The notes under the pieces are model-generated. The model was not told where the DNA came from and made no database searches. It saw only the letters and a list, made by a program, of their open reading frames with translations. A DNA stretch of 64,000 nucleotides from Mytilus californianus (Eukaryota), in assembly GCF_021869535.1 (NCBI RefSeq), contig NW_026262701.1, positions 17,918,001 to 17,982,000 of the forward strand, in the 5' to 3' direction. Below are positions 11,286 through 24,739 of this stretch, piece after piece (within the stretch, counting starts at the first letter, position 1; the number at the start of each line of letters is the position of its first letter). The translations under genes were made by a program, and so were the position numbers.

Positions 11286-12617
11286 CGATCAAGTATGGAA
11301 TGTACATGTGCTTATGTTGTTTTTTGTATGACTCCTGATGTAGCAATGATTAATAATCGGAAGAACAGTCGTTATATCAAGAGATTTCGAAGTGTTACTG
11401 CTGAATATAATATATATGCTTTGTACTCATTTCATAGTTGATAATCAGCTATGAAACTGAAAGTACGAAAATCTGCTTTTCTATATCCGTATGCTGAAGA
11501 TGGATTGACTATTAAGTTTCTATAAGGAGTCGTCAAGTACCCATGTAGACTCAGTTGTTACCCCATCATTTACAAACAGGTTATAATTATTTCCTATAAC
11601 TTTGCATGACAGTGATGTTCAGACTTTTTACTTTTGGTTTGAAAAATGCATAAAATATAAGAAAATCAACAGAAATATCCGTACTAATCACGATTATTAT
11701 TATTGAAATCGTTTCATTTTAACATTTTTGCCTTTTCTTCAATGCTGAACATAGATATTTACAATTTCCATTAAAAAATTCTTACCATCAATAGTTTAAC
11801 CATTTCAATTTTTATAACCCCGGCCCAATCCTCCTGTATGGAATGACCACCGTTTTATATTTTACAAAGTTACTTAACTTATTTTTTCATTAAATCACCT
11901 CTACGAAAGTTTAAATTTCAAGTATATTAAACACATCTAACTTTTTTTTTTTGATTTTTAATAATTGAATGAAACAAAATTAAAAATGCAGATAATTTAA
12001 AATGTGCATGCGTTTTTTTTTTTATATCAAAACTGAAAATTTTAACACGCTTACAATTTAAAATCATATCATATATACTTTTGTATATTTGTCTAGAAGA
12101 TGAAGTTAGTGACATTCAATGTTAAATGCTTATGGAAGCATGAACATTTCGAGAAAAATAAATTCGACCTGAGAAAATGGTTGTAATTTAAGTAAGATTT
12201 AAAAAAAAAACCAAAAAAACCCCAAAAAAGGGTCGATTGTGTGACACTTAAAAAAAAAGAAAGATGTAAGGCTTTGCATTAAAACAGCTTCTGGCCATAT
12301 TCATTTGTATCATGAAGTGTAATTAAACTCTTAAAAAGGATTATTTGTCACTGCATAAACAATGATTTGTATCTGACTTTGTTTTTTGGGGCGATTTCTC
12401 GTTGACGATCCTGCTATAGCTCCTGTTTTTGATTTCTTTATACCGGATATTGTTTGAAAAAAACAATGCATCAAAAGTTCTGGCGGTAAGAGGACACAAT
12501 AAATTTCAATCAAAGATGGAAAAATACGGTTTTTTCATATTTTATTTGACCAAGTAATGTGATGCTCTCATACCAAACAATAAAGAATTGAACATGCGGT
12601 GTCGTTGGTAATAATTA

Positions 12618-14345
12618 TCAAGTAATGGCTTGAAGGTGGAATCGACCAGTAAACAAAATGATACCAGATTTCACATCTCTTACTTAAAACAAAAACGGTT
12701 GATTTGCCCTGAAGGACCCACCAGTTTTAAAAGCCAGCGCGAAGGTCTGCTTTGTCCATGTTGAAGACACATTTATAAACTGCAACCTTGACGTCCTTGT
12801 CTAGTCTCAGCAATTAGATTTGAAAAATTAGATAGCCGGTTGTTAAAAAGATCCTCCAAGTTTTGATAACGAAGTAAGACTCTTAGCTTAAATTTTGGAA
12901 TATTAATATTTGTTAGTCTTGTTTTAGATTCAGCGGATATCTTTTTAAAGAATGGGGTGTTTTCTTCGCTTCGTTTTTGAGAGCCCCTCAATTTCAAGCG
13001 TTAAAACGAAGACCATATCAAAATTTCTACCTTTGAATGGTAAAGCTATATCAGAAAAGTTCGAACCTTGGATATATATGAAACAATTAGTAGTACTCTT
13101 TGGTCGGGTTGTTGTCTCTTTGACGCATTTCCTGTTTCTATTCTCAGTTTTATTTGTATGTTCATAGTTTCAACTTCAATCATCTTGTTGTTAGGAAGAT
13201 AAAAAATTTGTTTCCTTGTAGAACTTGGAGAAAATTGTTTCTCCTATGTTGTTTTTACATTTATGGTATTTATTATAAACATTACACCCCAAGGGTGATT
13301 GAGGAATAGTAGTATGGTCATCATTGGTTTTCCTCCGACCGGCGGTAAAACCCTCGCTAAAGTGGGGCGTCCGATTGGCTGTGCGGGATGTACAAATTTG
13401 CAGCCACGTCCGGTCAGAATGGGGGCGTTAAATCCGATGCCTCGTGTTAAGAGAGTGCCACGCTCTTTGCACGTTAAGAACCCTTGCAACAACTCTTTGA
13501 GGGGTCCGTAGGTGACCTGTTGCAAAGCTAAATTTCTGTCCCTATCCAATATACCCTCATTTCCCGTGGCAGTCTAAACTTTTCCGACCTCAATCCCAGA
13601 CTCCTCTATTACAGAACTTACCTATTGTATTTATTGTTAATTTGTTCTCGTCCTGAATATGCATGAAATATTTGCTACTGGACGTTAAGCAACCAACAAT
13701 CAATCAATCAATATAAACATTACAGTCCGTGGCTCTTACCAGGCCTCATTTATCAAATCTTTTATTTTCCCTTTGGCTGTTTTGACACGCATCTATTCAT
13801 CACCAACGCAGATGCCTTTGGTTTAAAGAAGTCCTTCAAACTGCATGATATTAGATCCAAAATATCGATTTGCCTTCTTTCGGACATTTTTCAGTACTGT
13901 AAATTTGTTGTTTATGAACAATCTATTTGCACTAGCCAAACTAACATTACCTCCAGCTTTTCGAATAATATAGCTATTCAGTGACTTGTAATATTTCAAC
14001 TTTTCCTCCTCTGAAAATTTGCTTATTTTATTAGAACAAAGGATATTTGTTGCTCTGATCGTCCCCTTGCTCCAAAGTTGCTGAGATGCTAAAAGGGGCC
14101 ATACATTCACTTGTAGTTTTGTTTACAGAGTATAAACAATTAAAAGCAGAATATATTTGAGATATGAGAAAATACAATAAAAACGGTAGTATAAGTCCTG
14201 AGTCAGGAATGGAAGTTGGATCTTGCGCTACAAGTGTTGGTAACGAGAATGAATGACAAATTGATAGCAATGCAATGAAGGAAGCAAGAGCATCTGAAAT
14301 CAGAAGTTTATGTAACCACTGGAAAATGTTCGTTGTAATCATCAT
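12618..14345 (-). pseudogene. Serpin pseudogene with frameshifts, deletions and two insertions
   Basis: Serpin homology from the N-terminus (CMAPFSIS at about 14110-14085) to the C-terminus (GRFHLQ, stop at 12618-12620). Hinge is deleted and the frame broken. Interrupted by a repeat fragment (about 13093-13152) and a SINE (13287-13711). Confidence 0.9.
13287..13711 (+). mobile_element. SINE (Meta/Deu-core-like bivalve SINE) with (AATC)n tail and 13-bp TSD
   Basis: TSD TATAAACATTACA at 13274-13286 and 13712-13724, interrupting serpin-homologous sequence. Tail is GGACGTTAAGCAACCAACAATCAATCAAT. Tail-only copies occur near 7940-7997, 23790-23845 and 36240-36300. The core-domain label is from recollection of the family consensus. 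Confidence 0.8.
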
Positions 14346-15450
14346 TCCAATATCAGCAAAAAAAAGGCTCTCTGGAGTTTCCTAAAGTCGAGCGTCCATA
14401 TTTCAACAGAGTACAACATAACCTATAGAAAATATAGACTACGATCTTAAAATCAGTGAACAGATACAACATCTACAACGAGAATGAGGTATGTCTACAC
14501 CATCTGCTTTATTAGCTCAGCTACATATACTTAGAAAAGACACGAATATAAGTTTATAGCCGACTATACGGTATGGGTTTTTCTCATTGTTGAAGGCCGT
14601 ACGGTTGCCTATAATTGCTTACATCCACTTCATTTGAACTTTGGTGGATAGTTGTCTCATTGGAAATTATACCTCATCTCCTTATTATTATATTGAGCAA
14701 TATGAAGTGGTCTTACATTAGTATTTTTGTAATGAACTCTTATTGGACAGTATATGATTTGCTATCATCGTTAGTCTACCATAGAAGGGATGTTGAGAAC
14801 AGATCTATAACCATCATCTAAAATTTAGACTATTATACAACAATTACACATGCCTTGTTGAAGTATATATTCTAGTCTGCTACTTCATCAGATAATGCAG
14901 CAGTGCAACAGATGGTCGTGGCATGTAAATCTTTATTATCAAAGAGCTCTTGGAACGACATTTTTTACCTTTTGTGGATGGCAGAAATAAGGACATATTA
15001 CATGTCATTACATGGACGGCCATTGGCGTTTTAAGACACAACAATAAATTAATATCAGAACTTTGAAACACAACATCAACCCAAAAAGAATCTCGCATAA
15101 TTTTTTTATTGTTTTTGTAGCAAGTCGATAAACTGAAAACGCTTTGTCGTTTGCGCTCTGACTCCTTGTCCAGATTTAGCTTTTCTTTTGTTCCTCTTTT
15201 TTCCCATTCATATATCTGCAAGCTTACCAATAGAATCAAACTGTTAATGTAAATTATAGACCTATTGTAAATATGTGAATATAAAGAGAGGTATTAAGAA
15301 CATCAGACATAAATAACCAAAAGATATCTAGAGGTCAATATTCCTTCATGCGGTTAAGTTAGATAATGTGTTTTTTTAGAAAACCGTTGTGTTTTCAAAT
15401 ATACACTTACATTTGACAAGCATATGCGTATGGAAATAATCAAAACGCAT

Positions 15451-15724
15451 GATACTGATTTCAGTGATGACACATGTATTTTGATATACTCTTATCTTTG
15501 ACAATCGTACACGTATGAAAATAGTTAAAACATACGACATGTACGATACTGCATCTGATTTTAGTGTACGACACGTGTGTTATGATATACTCTTATCTTT
15601 GACGATCGTACACGTATGAAAATAGTAAACACATACGATACTGCATCTGATTTTAGTGTACGACACGTGTGTTATGATATACTCTTATCTTTGACGATCG
15701 TACACGTATGAAAATAGTAAAAAC
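15451..15724. repeat. Tandem repeat with a 92-bp unit (about 3 copies; remainder at 19067-19103)
   Basis: GATACTGCATCTGATTTTAGTG recurs at 15545 and 15637, with a diverged copy at 15451. The unit resumes after the foldback element at 19067. Confidence 0.9.
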
Positions 15725-16847
15725 TATGGAACGCCTCAGCTGTCTTATGTGGAACTCTGATATTACTTTATGTTGTTTTATTATTACTTGATGATATTTT
15801 GTCTTTACTTAATATGGTTTTGACATTACGTAATGATGTTTTGATATAACTCAATATGGAATTGCCATTACTTAATGATATTTCGATATTACACGATATG
15901 GTTTCGTATTGACTTGATATAGTTTTGTCATTACTCAATATGGTTTGTCATTACTCGATGTGGTTTCACCATTATTTAATGTGGTTGTGTCATTAGTCAA
16001 TGTGGTTTTAACATTACTTGATGTGAATGTGACTTAACGTTATGTAGTTGTTTCATTACATGATGTGGTTTTGTTATTTCGTAATGATGATTTGCCTATT
16101 CTTTATATGGTTTTAACATTACGTAATGATATTTCAAAATTTGACGATTTTACACTACATGATGTGTTTGTTTCATTATTTGATGTGGTCCTGTCATTCT
16201 TTGATGTGGTTATCCCATTACTTGATGAGGTAAAACCACGTGACCAATTCGGAAAAAAAGACGTTCTATTTTTAAACAGATTTCAATATATCATTTGTTT
16301 AATGTGCTTTGGATGGGTATCGCTATCCATTGAGTTAAAGTTCAAATTAAAGTTCGAGTGGTTGTTCAGAGTTATTTAGCATGAAAAAGGTAACCGGCAG
16401 GCAATAATAAGAAAAAAGTATTAAAAAGTTTACAGTATTTCTTACATAATTGGGATATCCCCAAACCACTTTGTCTTGTTGTTTTTATCCTAAGTTCTCA
16501 AATGGAAGCAGTATTTTTGTAATAAATTTGTAAAATATTCCACGGAACCCTATGTCTCGCCTGATATTGCTGCTGTAAGTGAAAACGCGTCATGTTGATC
16601 GGCTGTACATTTATCTATACATTTATCTGTAAAAACAAAATTGAAAAAAAATGTTTTTCTGTAGATGCTTCTTGAAATTGAGGAATAACTCCTATACTCC
16701 TATACAAGTTTTAAAACACTTCATGGAGGTTTACAAATTTATCATGTCAAAACAGTTTAATTCGGTTTTATTTAACTAAAACAAAACTGTCTGGTTTTCA
16801 ACAATAAGCAAAACCCATACCCAATAGTAGGCTATGAAAGGTCCCGA

Positions 16848-16848
<1 letters not shown>

Positions 16849-16883
<35 letters not shown>
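16849..16883. repeat. (TAGA)n microsatellite
   Basis: About 9 perfect units. Confidence 0.95.
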
Positions 16884-17241
16884 CATCAATACTATAAAAT
16901 AAGAATTCTCCGAATTTTTTTTAGCGTAAATGATCATTTGAACTTATACAAATATCAATCTTTTATTTGTAATCAATTGAATTCCCTGATCTACCTCGCA
17001 CTAATTGAAAAATACACTTTTTGGAATATCTGTTTCACATGTGACGACGGACATGTTCCAGTGGTCGTAACCATAATACCGTCATCTTTTTCTTGAATGT
17101 GAACTACCAAATAAAACCAAATCACTGGGTTTGTACTTTCTCAAATAACACGACGGGTGCCTTTCTGGAGCATCCGAGATCACCCCGATGGATTTATATT
17201 ACCCAGTCATACCGATCTATTGAGTCGGCCAAATGAAACTG

Positions 17242-17716
17242 TTTTGTATGCCACCGCAACTGAAAGTTGGAGGGAGGGGCATATTGTTTTACCCCTGTCC
17301 GTCCGTCCGTCCGTCTGTCCGTCCCATTATGGGTATATAGTTATTCCGCATAACTCCTCCTACAGTTTGAATCCTAGGAAGTTTTCTCTTTACTGTCTGT
17401 TTGTCAATATATTGAATGTGTGCATGTGGTCAGGGTTTAATGTTTATTAATATTTGCTCTTTTGGGAGATAGTTGAACTTTGTAATTTTTTGGGAAATTT
17501 ACTTGCATAAGAAGAGCGTTTACAGATAACTCCTCCTACAGTTTGAATGCTAGGAAGTTTTCGCTCTGCTGGCTGTTTGTACATATATTGAAGGTGTGCA
17601 TGCGGTCAGGGTTTTTATTTTTATTATCTTTTGCTCTTTTGGGAGATAATTGAACTTTTTTTTTGTCATTTTTGGGGTATAAGCGGTTAAATGAGTTGAG
17701 TGCGGGGCATCACTTT
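17242..17716 (+). mobile_element. HINE/pearl-like non-autonomous element with (GTCC)n microsatellite and two 176-bp core repeats
   Basis: (GTCC)n at about 17296-17324; ATAACTCCTCCTACAGTTTGAAT repeated at 17350 and 17526; GC-rich GCGGGGCATC end. Layout matches bivalve Helentron-associated elements (established knowledge). Confidence 0.6.
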
Positions 17717-19904
17717 GTCTAGTTTACATTTTTTTCTCGTGTTGTTTTGTTACACAGTGTAACAGTCCGATGTAAGGTTAGGATTTAGCGCTCACATACA
17801 TGTTAAACTCCGCCACGTGCACTTTCTTTATGTACCTGCCCCAAGTCAGGAGCACGAAGTTCAATTGTTGTCGTTGTATAAATGTGTGTCATTTTTTTTT
17901 GTAGATTGTTGAAATATAAATTAGACCGTTTGTTTTTTCGCTTGATTTTTTTCACATGGTGCATGGTGGCCTTTTATAGCTGACTATATGGTGTGTTGAA
18001 GGCTGTACGGTTGCCTATATATGATTTCTTACATCCACTGCATTTAAACTCTGGTGGATAGTTGTCTCATTGTCAATCACACCACATCTAACTTTATTTC
18101 AACTTCTATGTTGCGTTTTGTATACTGTAACATTGTTTATCTTTTCGGAACTTAGCAAAAGTCCTTGTTCCGCGATAGAAAATTTAATTACGAACTCATA
18201 TAAGATAGTACGAATTTCAACTCAAAATCTTAATTAATCTAAATGAGACTTAAATTTGAATCTTACTCAAACTCAAAAAATGACTCAAATTTAATGGTGT
18301 AACTAAAACTCTACCTTTAAATGTGACTCAAACTTGAATCTCAACTTGAAACTCTATGCTAACTAAAACTTTAATTCTAATAATGACTTGAATTCGGAAT
18401 CGGAGACTAACTCAAAGTTCTACTCAAACAGTAACCCTAACTTTAATTTGAACTCAAATGCGATGGATGGCCACACTCATCCAAGGCACAAACAACATGG
18501 AAATCTATCTACAAATAGAACAGGTTTTTTTCCGAATTGGTCACGTGATTTTACCTCATCAAGTAATGGGATAACCACATCAAAGAAGGACAGGACCACA
18601 TCAAATAATGAAACAAACACATCATGTAGTGTAAAATCGTCAAATTTTGAAACATCATTACGTAATGTAAAAACCATATAAAGAATAGGCGAATCATCAT
18701 TACAAAATAACAAAACCACATCATGTAATGAAACAACTACATAACGTTAAGTCACATTCACATCAAGTAATGTTAAAACCACATTGACTAATGACACAAC
18801 CACATTAAATAATGGTGAAACCACATCGAGTAATGACAAAACCATATTGAGTAATGACAAAACTATATCAAGTCAATACGAAACCATATCGTGTAATATC
18901 GAAATATCATTAAGTAATGACTATTCCATATTGAGTTATATCAAAACATCATTACGTAATGTCAAAACCATATTAAGTAAAGACAAAATATCATCAAGTA
19001 ATAATAAAACAACATAAAGTAATATCAGAGTTCCACATAAGACAGCTGAAACGTTCCATAAAAAACGTACAGTACTGCATCTGATTTTAGTGTATGACAC
19101 GTGTTTCTGGGATAATCACCATTCAGTCCACTCAATACTATCATAATTGTGGAAAGTTAGATACCTAAAACTTTTGAGAACATATACCTTCGGCCATTTT
19201 AATCATAAACAAAGTTGAAGAAATGAAAGATATTAACAAAAAATGAAAAAGATGAAACCAAATCAAAACAACAAATAGCTTCTCAGATTTACCAAATTCG
19301 GCTCCTGTCGATGAATATTTTGAAGACTAGAAAAATAAGTTATTATTTCAACATTTCAACAGAATCGTTACGCAAGAAATGTCATCTTAAATGACTTAAA
19401 TAGTTTGTTATCCACCGCTTCATTTTAAATGACTGTCTTATGGAAACGCCCGCAACAGAACTTTGAATGGTAGCCTATGTGTATTACATACATTATAACA
19501 ATAGCATAAAAAAATTAAAAATTAAAATTAAAAAAGGTCATATGAATGTTCGTAAAATCATGCACTTGTTGCGAGGACATTTGCCTTCTTGTATCAATAA
19601 ATTTTGAATGATTTGGTTTAAGGAATATTTTCATGTCACTGTGTAGGAATCAAGTCTTTATTACACTCTTGTAGTCTTCCTGGTTAAGGTCAATGATTAA
19701 AATATGATTACTGTTCATAACGGGAACGTCTTAACAAAGTAACCGATTATGACATTATTCTCAGCAGTAAAAAAAATGATCAATCTTCAGTTGACGGACA
19801 GATACAAATTTTAAGAAGCGAACAATAATCTTTAAGACCAAAAAAATGGTTTTATTGAGTTCCGTACTGTCTGGCTGGAGCTGTTAGTAAGAATTTATGT
19901 TCGG

Positions 19905-20163
19905 GTGTGCTGTCAATGTTTTCAACTTTTTGTTTCAAGTCAGGAATATGGCCGTTGTTATCTACAGTCCGTTTCTATGTATGTTGGCGTTTGCTTTTGT
20001 TTTAGTTCAGTGTTTCTGTTGTTCCGTCGTTTTCCTCTTATAGTTGATGTGTTTCCCTCGGTTTCAGTTTGTTTCCCAAATTTGTTTTCGCTTAATCGAA
20101 TTATGACTATTGAAAAGCGGTATACTACTGTTGCCTTTTTTGGATACAAATGTATTCGCCTTT
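19905..20163. repeat. Interspersed repeat, second copy within 46150-46460
   Basis: CAAGTCAGGAATATGGC...TTTCTATGTATGTTGGCGTTTG...GGTATACTACTGTT is shared between the two loci. Confidence 0.85.
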
Positions 20164-21344
20164 TGGTATAATTTAAAAACAATGCTGGATAGAATAGACT
20201 TTTTATGTCACTGTATATACAAATGGAATAACTTTATTCCTGGCTGATTGAATCAAAATAATTGATTAAGAACGCATAATTTAATTAAAAGCAATGCTTG
20301 GTCAGTGCGGAGTCAGAATGAAGTATGAGGGAAGGGTGAGATGTATTGTATTTAGTGCGAAGTATTACCTTGTGATGTAGAGTTTGTGACATCCGACTAG
20401 ATGTGCCTTTAAGGACACACCAGGGTTAAAATCAAAGAAATTTACACGTTATGGTCCTGCATATGTGTAGCAGAGTGATTCTTTGGATAATTTTGTCTAT
20501 TCTAAAATTCATCTATAAAATTACTATTTTTATAATAGTAAAAGTTAAAAGTTTATATATTTTGAAAATTGAATCTGAGTTAAAGTTATAACTTGCAAAC
20601 CTCCATTTTGTGTATAGTAATATGCACTTTATTTTTCTATTGGTTAATATTTAGTTAAAACATAAAGGTTCATTTGCAAAAAAAGTTACTAACCTATAAC
20701 AATACTCAACCGACATCATGTCGTGATTTTCATTCCTGCAGTTATTTGAAATGCAAATAATAATTACAAGCGGTTTAATGTAGAGTAAGCTAGCAAATAT
20801 TGTTGCTAAAGTAGTTATCAAAAGCAACTTCAAGAGATTTTTATTTAATATTTGCAATAAAAACAATTGGAAAATGATTCATATATTGCTGAGAAGAAAA
20901 CTAATTCCCTAGATAAATGCTTTTGTATATATTATATAAAAAAGACGGACTAATAAGTTTTCATATGATGGAGGTTGTCATGGAAATGACTTCAAAAATA
21001 TATTATTCGTGAAAATCCATTTGTATTACCATCAAATAATATAAAAAAGAAGATGCGGTATGATTGCCAATGAGACAACTCTTCAAAAGGGACCAAAAAT
21101 GACACAGAAATTAACAACTATGGATCACCGTACGGCCTTCAACAATGAGCAACGCCCATACCGCATAGTACGTATGGTATATAAAAAATTAACATACATG
21201 TTTATTACAAATGATGGAAGCAATAAAAGTATAAATCATACAATGAAACATTTTTTTCCCTGTACACAAATAGACATCTGCAACAATGACGGAACTAAAT
21301 AATAAACAATGTATTCAAAAATTTTAAGATCCCACATATAATGC

Positions 21345-21555
21345 TAGCTTCTGATGCTTACAAGTAAGCTATAAAACCAAGAGCTCCAAGAGTTGAAGTT
21401 GAAATCATCCCTTTGCAAATGTTACAGACGCAATCATGAGTTGGTGACCGTTATGAATATTCAGTCATATATATATATGAGGACTGATATGTTACAATTG
21501 TGGTAACCACAATCCCGACCTCTTTTCCTTGAGTTTTACCTACTGAATTAGACTT
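21345..21555 (+). mobile_element. Penelope-like RT C-terminal remnant
   Basis: Degenerate LLTSKL.NQE..ELKLKSSL.KCYRRNHELV.RY, followed by the family 3' sequence. Confidence 0.55.
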
Positions 21556-24169
21556 TTGAAGGCCATACGATTTTTTGTTGTTCGCCTTTCACACATGAAA
21601 AACAGTTTCATTTCAATACTTAAAGAATTTTAACAACTAATTAACGATAATTCTTCCGTGAAAAAAAACCGTAGATCATAAAATCATCTACTCTTAGCTT
21701 AATGAAAATACTCTCATGTACATCTTTCATGCTTGTGCTTCATGCACGCGGTTTGAGCAGAACGATATGAGAAGCTTTAAAAGAACCTGTTATTTACGTG
21801 AAAAATATATATACTATTAGTAAAGAAGTGAACTTACATCAGTCAGTCAGTAAATAAGTCGTGTCCAAAGTAATAATAGGGTATACAAGTAATTATCTAT
21901 ATGTTCAATATAAACGGGACATAAATCTAACTAAACGACTGTCATGGCTATCGTCCAGTGAAATTCTACTAGGTCCAAAAATAAAAGAAACTAAACTTGA
22001 CTGCCAAATACTAATGACAAATAATGCTATCGTTTAAAGTAGACTGATACACAAAGGTTAATGAAAGTCTTATCTGCCAACTGTTGACTTTAAAGAGGTA
22101 GTGCCTACGGTTTCACAAAAAAGAAATGGATAACAATTTGTTTTAAGTATACCGTACATCTGAATATAAAATACCTATGAAATCTATTTTGGTGCAAATC
22201 TTGCCATTCTTTATACAATATTTTTTTTTTTTGCAAAGAAGTTAAATTTTTATAGTTGCGACAAACATCATTTGAAACCTATGGATTAACATAACAAATG
22301 CACAGGCGTACACAGTTCTATTAAATAAGAAGAACGTGTTTACTAAAACAGCTTGGAGTCGTGATATAAATCCGACACCCCTTACAAATTCGGCTAAAAA
22401 ACGAGTTCGTATACAAGTTTTAGAGAGATAAGCCAAACCACCATGTGAATTAAATACTTTTTTTCATAGATAGAATGAAATAGATGAAATGGTGAGTGTG
22501 TAGCTTAAGTCATATATAATTCACCGTCAACAAATGTGGTCAGCCGAGAGGAACGTTAAAGGGTGTACAACAAAAACAAATGTAGAAATTAAAAACAAAA
22601 TAATATAATAAAAACCACAAGAAACTGTTAGAACAGGCATACCAAATTCCATACATACAACTTACTATTCTTTGTTTACATTATTTATCAATAATTTATT
22701 TATTTGTCAATACGTTTTAGTCGATAGAATAACAATTTGCGAGAAATATGATAACAATTATTTCTTCCGTCCCTCGACTCTAAGTAGAAATTCTTACTGA
22801 TTTAAAAACGATACTTTTAAAAGTGCTATAACTCAACTAATTGATTAATAAAAAATCTTGCAAAAAGGAATTGGAATACTGAAGTGATTTTAAAGTTATC
22901 ATTACTTTCCGTATTTGCGACATGTGCTTTGAGTAGGTCTGGTATACATCCTTGTATGATAAATGAGCTCTGGTCTAACGAATGACTAAACAAAGTGTAT
23001 GTGCTCTTTATTACATTCATTAGAGTCATGAGTATGAAAGGAAACACATTTATTCATTAATATCTATAGAATTACTGAAGTTTAACAGATTTGCAGTTTC
23101 ATGACTGTCAAAGATACTGCGTTTGTAGATTCCGCTTGTTTATTTCTGATATTCTTTATTAGATAACAGTAAGAATATACTACGTTTGGTTTAGTTGTAT
23201 TAAACACTAGTTTGAAAACGCTGACTGGTTTGCTTTACGGCCAGTGGTAAATATTGTAATATTTAACACAACATTTTAAAGCTATCCTAAACCTCTAACT
23301 TGTTACCTTAATTATGATTCGCTACACATTTTGATGATATTGAATATGCTTAATTCATACTTCATTATTTTAAGCATCTGTTTAATAACGTTTTACTACG
23401 TGATTTGACTTGACTTACTTTAAAAAATGCAGAATCGATATAATATAAAGATGGGATAATAAATACAATAGGTTTTTTTATCATAAGAACTGTACCGGTA
23501 TATTCAAATCGAAACGGCCAGTCCTATTTTATTTGCGATTTTAGGCATTAACTGTACATCGATCGGCAATTATTACAAAGATTCAGAAAAGTATTTGATG
23601 TTGTAATTCCGTTTGTTTATCTCTATTATCCCATTTCACATATAAGTCAAAGTGTTTGCTTACGTTAAATAACACAACCATCTAGTAACGACATCCCTAT
23701 ACTATAAGAAGGCGTGCAAAACATTTTGCTCTATACAACTTACGTTATTTGCAGACCCTACCTTTATCAATTGTTGATGTGTTTTTGTCCTGAATATTGT
23801 TGAAATATTTGCTACTGCACATTAAGTAAACAACAATCAATCATATATGTAAAATCTTACGTTGAATGTTATATTTTGTTAAAATCTCTAGATTGAAAAA
23901 AAAATACTAAACCAACATAAAGTCGAAAGAAGTTAATGAATATTTTCGATAGTCTAACAATTCCGAAAACATAATATGCCTATATATATGATTTCTTTAC
24001 GAGGAATTATACATACAGGATCGGTGTTTGGTAGAATATTCGACAATCGATTGATTCGACAATTTCTTTTTATAGTATACATATCTTGTAAACTGTATTC
24101 GATCGTATAATTTTGTCGATTCAATCAAGTGCTGTACCAAGTTAAAATATTTCTTTCCTGTCAGGATAC

Positions 24170-24660
24170 ATCAACTCAGTCAATTGTATGATCATTATAA
24201 TCATTTCAGTCAACTGTATCATCATATCATGAACGGAATACGATCGTATCAATCGTATTCATTCGATACGATTATGCGACGGTTGATCAATATAATCATT
24301 CCAGTCAACTGTATATTAATAATATCAACGGAGTACAATCGTATTGAGTGTAATCAATCGGTACGATTGTGACACGGTTGATCAATGTAATCAACTCAGT
24401 CAACAGTATATTTATATCACGAATGGAGCACTATCGTATCGATCGATCGTATTCAATCGTTACGATTGTTCTACGGTTGATCAAAGTAATCAGCCCCGTC
24501 AATTGTATCTTCATATTATGAACGAAGCACGATCGTATCGATAATCAATCGATACAATTGTGCCAAGGTTGATCAATATAATTAACCCGTTCAACTGTAC
24601 ATTCATATAACGAACGGAGCACGATCGTATCGATCCTATTCTATCGATACGATTTTGCCA
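24170..24660. repeat. Degenerate minisatellite, about 95-bp unit, about 5 copies, CGAT-rich
   Basis: TCAACTGTAT...GAACGGAGCACGATCGTATC...CGATACGATT...GGTTGATCAA recurs at roughly 92-99 bp spacing. Confidence 0.8.
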
Positions 24661-24739
24661 GAGTTGAAATCTGTTCTTGTGCTGCCATCTTTGTCATGTA
24701 CATTTTTTGGTTTTGTGTCCAGGTTATGTTAACTATATC

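Larger units (their letters stand above)
15725..19060. mobile_element. Foldback-type non-autonomous element, 3336 bp, long TIRs built of 21-bp subrepeats, 6-bp TSD
   Basis: Arms 15725-about 16258 and about 18525-19060 are near-identical reverse complements, with a more diverged extension of about 120 bp. Termini TATGGAAC...GTTCCATA; AAAAAC at 15719-15724 and 19061-19066. Confidence 0.85.

Noticed and set aside
14880-15239. 119-aa minus-strand ORF
   Set aside because: No motif, splice context or paralogue supports it.
15780-16240. Regularly spaced short repeats as a possible CRISPR array
   Set aside because: Contiguous degenerate 21-bp units with no unique spacers, in eukaryotic DNA with no cas genes.
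16065-19017. ORFs at 16065-16379, 18388-18681, 18477-18736 and 18784-19017
   Set aside because: Artefacts of the 21-bp (7-codon) subrepeats in the foldback TIRs.
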